A stretch of 64,000 nucleotides of DNA from NCBI RefSeq assembly GCF_009914755.1, contig NC_060926.1. One strand, written 5' to 3'. The number at the start of each line of letters is the position of its first letter. Position 1 is the stretch's first letter. Shown here piece by piece: positions 61,736-64,000 of this stretch. This stretch comes from the human T2T-CHM13v2.0 reference genome, Homo sapiens. Made by a program: the position numbers and the translations under genes. Under the pieces are notes generated by a model that was not told the origin of the DNA, did no database searches, and was given only the letters and a program-made list of their open reading frames with translations.

Positions 61736-62904
61736 TAAACTGTAGAATTAACTTTACAAAAAATAAAAAAATAAAAAGCTTTAGCCAAAATTTAGAAGAA
61801 AGATTGTACTCCAAACTAATGCTTTCTGCTGATATTGGCAGAATTTTTGCTTGCTGCTCTAATAGTTTTCTGTTTAATGAGCAAATTGCTTTAAGTACAC
61901 ATATAACACTGCGGCATTAAGGATAAAGATATTCAGCCAATTCCTTTCTCATCTGTGATAGTTCTAGCTCTGCTTATTTGTACAATAGCACTTTGAATTT
62001 AATCTTTAGAAAAAACACAAGAAATTGACATTATAAACTTCTTTAAATTACCAGTGAATAAAGGGGGCAATAAAATCAGTAATTTATTAAATAAAGCACA
62101 ATGGAAGCATTCATTAAGATGTCATGAAAATGCTAATTAATAATCAAAACGTATCCTATTGATTTGAGAGCTTTTCAGTTAGACTTCCAGATAACATCTA
62201 GAAATAAGCACTGTACATTCTTAAGTAGAGATTTCATGACTAGGTCATATCCTTATATAGCACCCCTCTTTTGGGGTGTAAGGAAATACCCTGCAGTGAA
62301 TATCCTCTGAAAGAGACTGCGTTATGAGAAAAAACACAAAGATTATCTTCTAGGTCACTAACAAGGGCTGATTATTTTATGTCAGTCATATTGCTCTTCT
62401 TTTTTCCTTTTTGTCTTGATAAATTGTATCAGCTCTCCAAAACCCAGCTTATCTCATCCCTTTAATTTCCTTTAGTTTGATTTGTTTCTTCCTTAACTTT
62501 CCAGAACATTGAGGTCTATACATAGCATCTAGCACCAATTTATATAGTATTTCTCCTTTTGGTTATTGATTCTAACTACTTGGTTGAGCATTAAATATTA
62601 TAATATACACCCTACTGGTGGTGCATCTGTCTCATGTTTCTCTAGCTCCACGCACCTATCAAAGAACTACAGGTAGGAGACCCTCAGGAGCACTCTGCTC
62701 CTTTTGTCCACTGAGAAGAAAAAGTGTATATTCATTTGGAGGTCTTTGCGCAGTACTCTGTTGAGATCTACAGATGCAGAAAGTTAAGAGTACAGCTAAA
62801 TATTATGTAAGTTGAAAATGATTGGTGCATTCATTAGGTAAGAAAGTCTTTTAGTTTTTCCAATCTAGTCAAACTTCATTACCAAATTATCTTTTATCCA
62901 ATAA

Positions 62905-64000
<1,096 letters not shown>

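Overview
This is AT-rich, CpG-depleted, repeat-dense primate (human-like) genomic DNA, either intronic or intergenic. I found no intact protein-coding gene, RNA gene, CRISPR array or prokaryote-type system. The recognisable ORFs in the track are fragments of Alu, L1 or a pseudogene; the rest look like chance ORFs. Supported content: 10 Alus (most with target-site duplications, TSDs), one full-length degraded L1PA6-like element (about 50436-56590, minus), truncated L1PA/L1PB/L1M copies, L2, MIR, MER5, MLT1 and MamSINE1 fossils, microsatellites, and a full-length RPL5 processed pseudogene (58721-59667, minus) inserted in an old L1. The items most worth checking are a candidate minus-strand signal-peptide exon (758-844) with a possible upstream exon (about 5630-5790), a ~120-bp AT-rich palindrome (28738-28858), a ~185-bp local templated duplication inside an L1, a templated-insertion scar near 63600, and a possible L1 antisense-promoter transcript. 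I see no convincing novel biological system. Repeat subfamily calls and boundaries are by eye from remembered consensus sequences and need RepeatMasker/Dfam confirmation.
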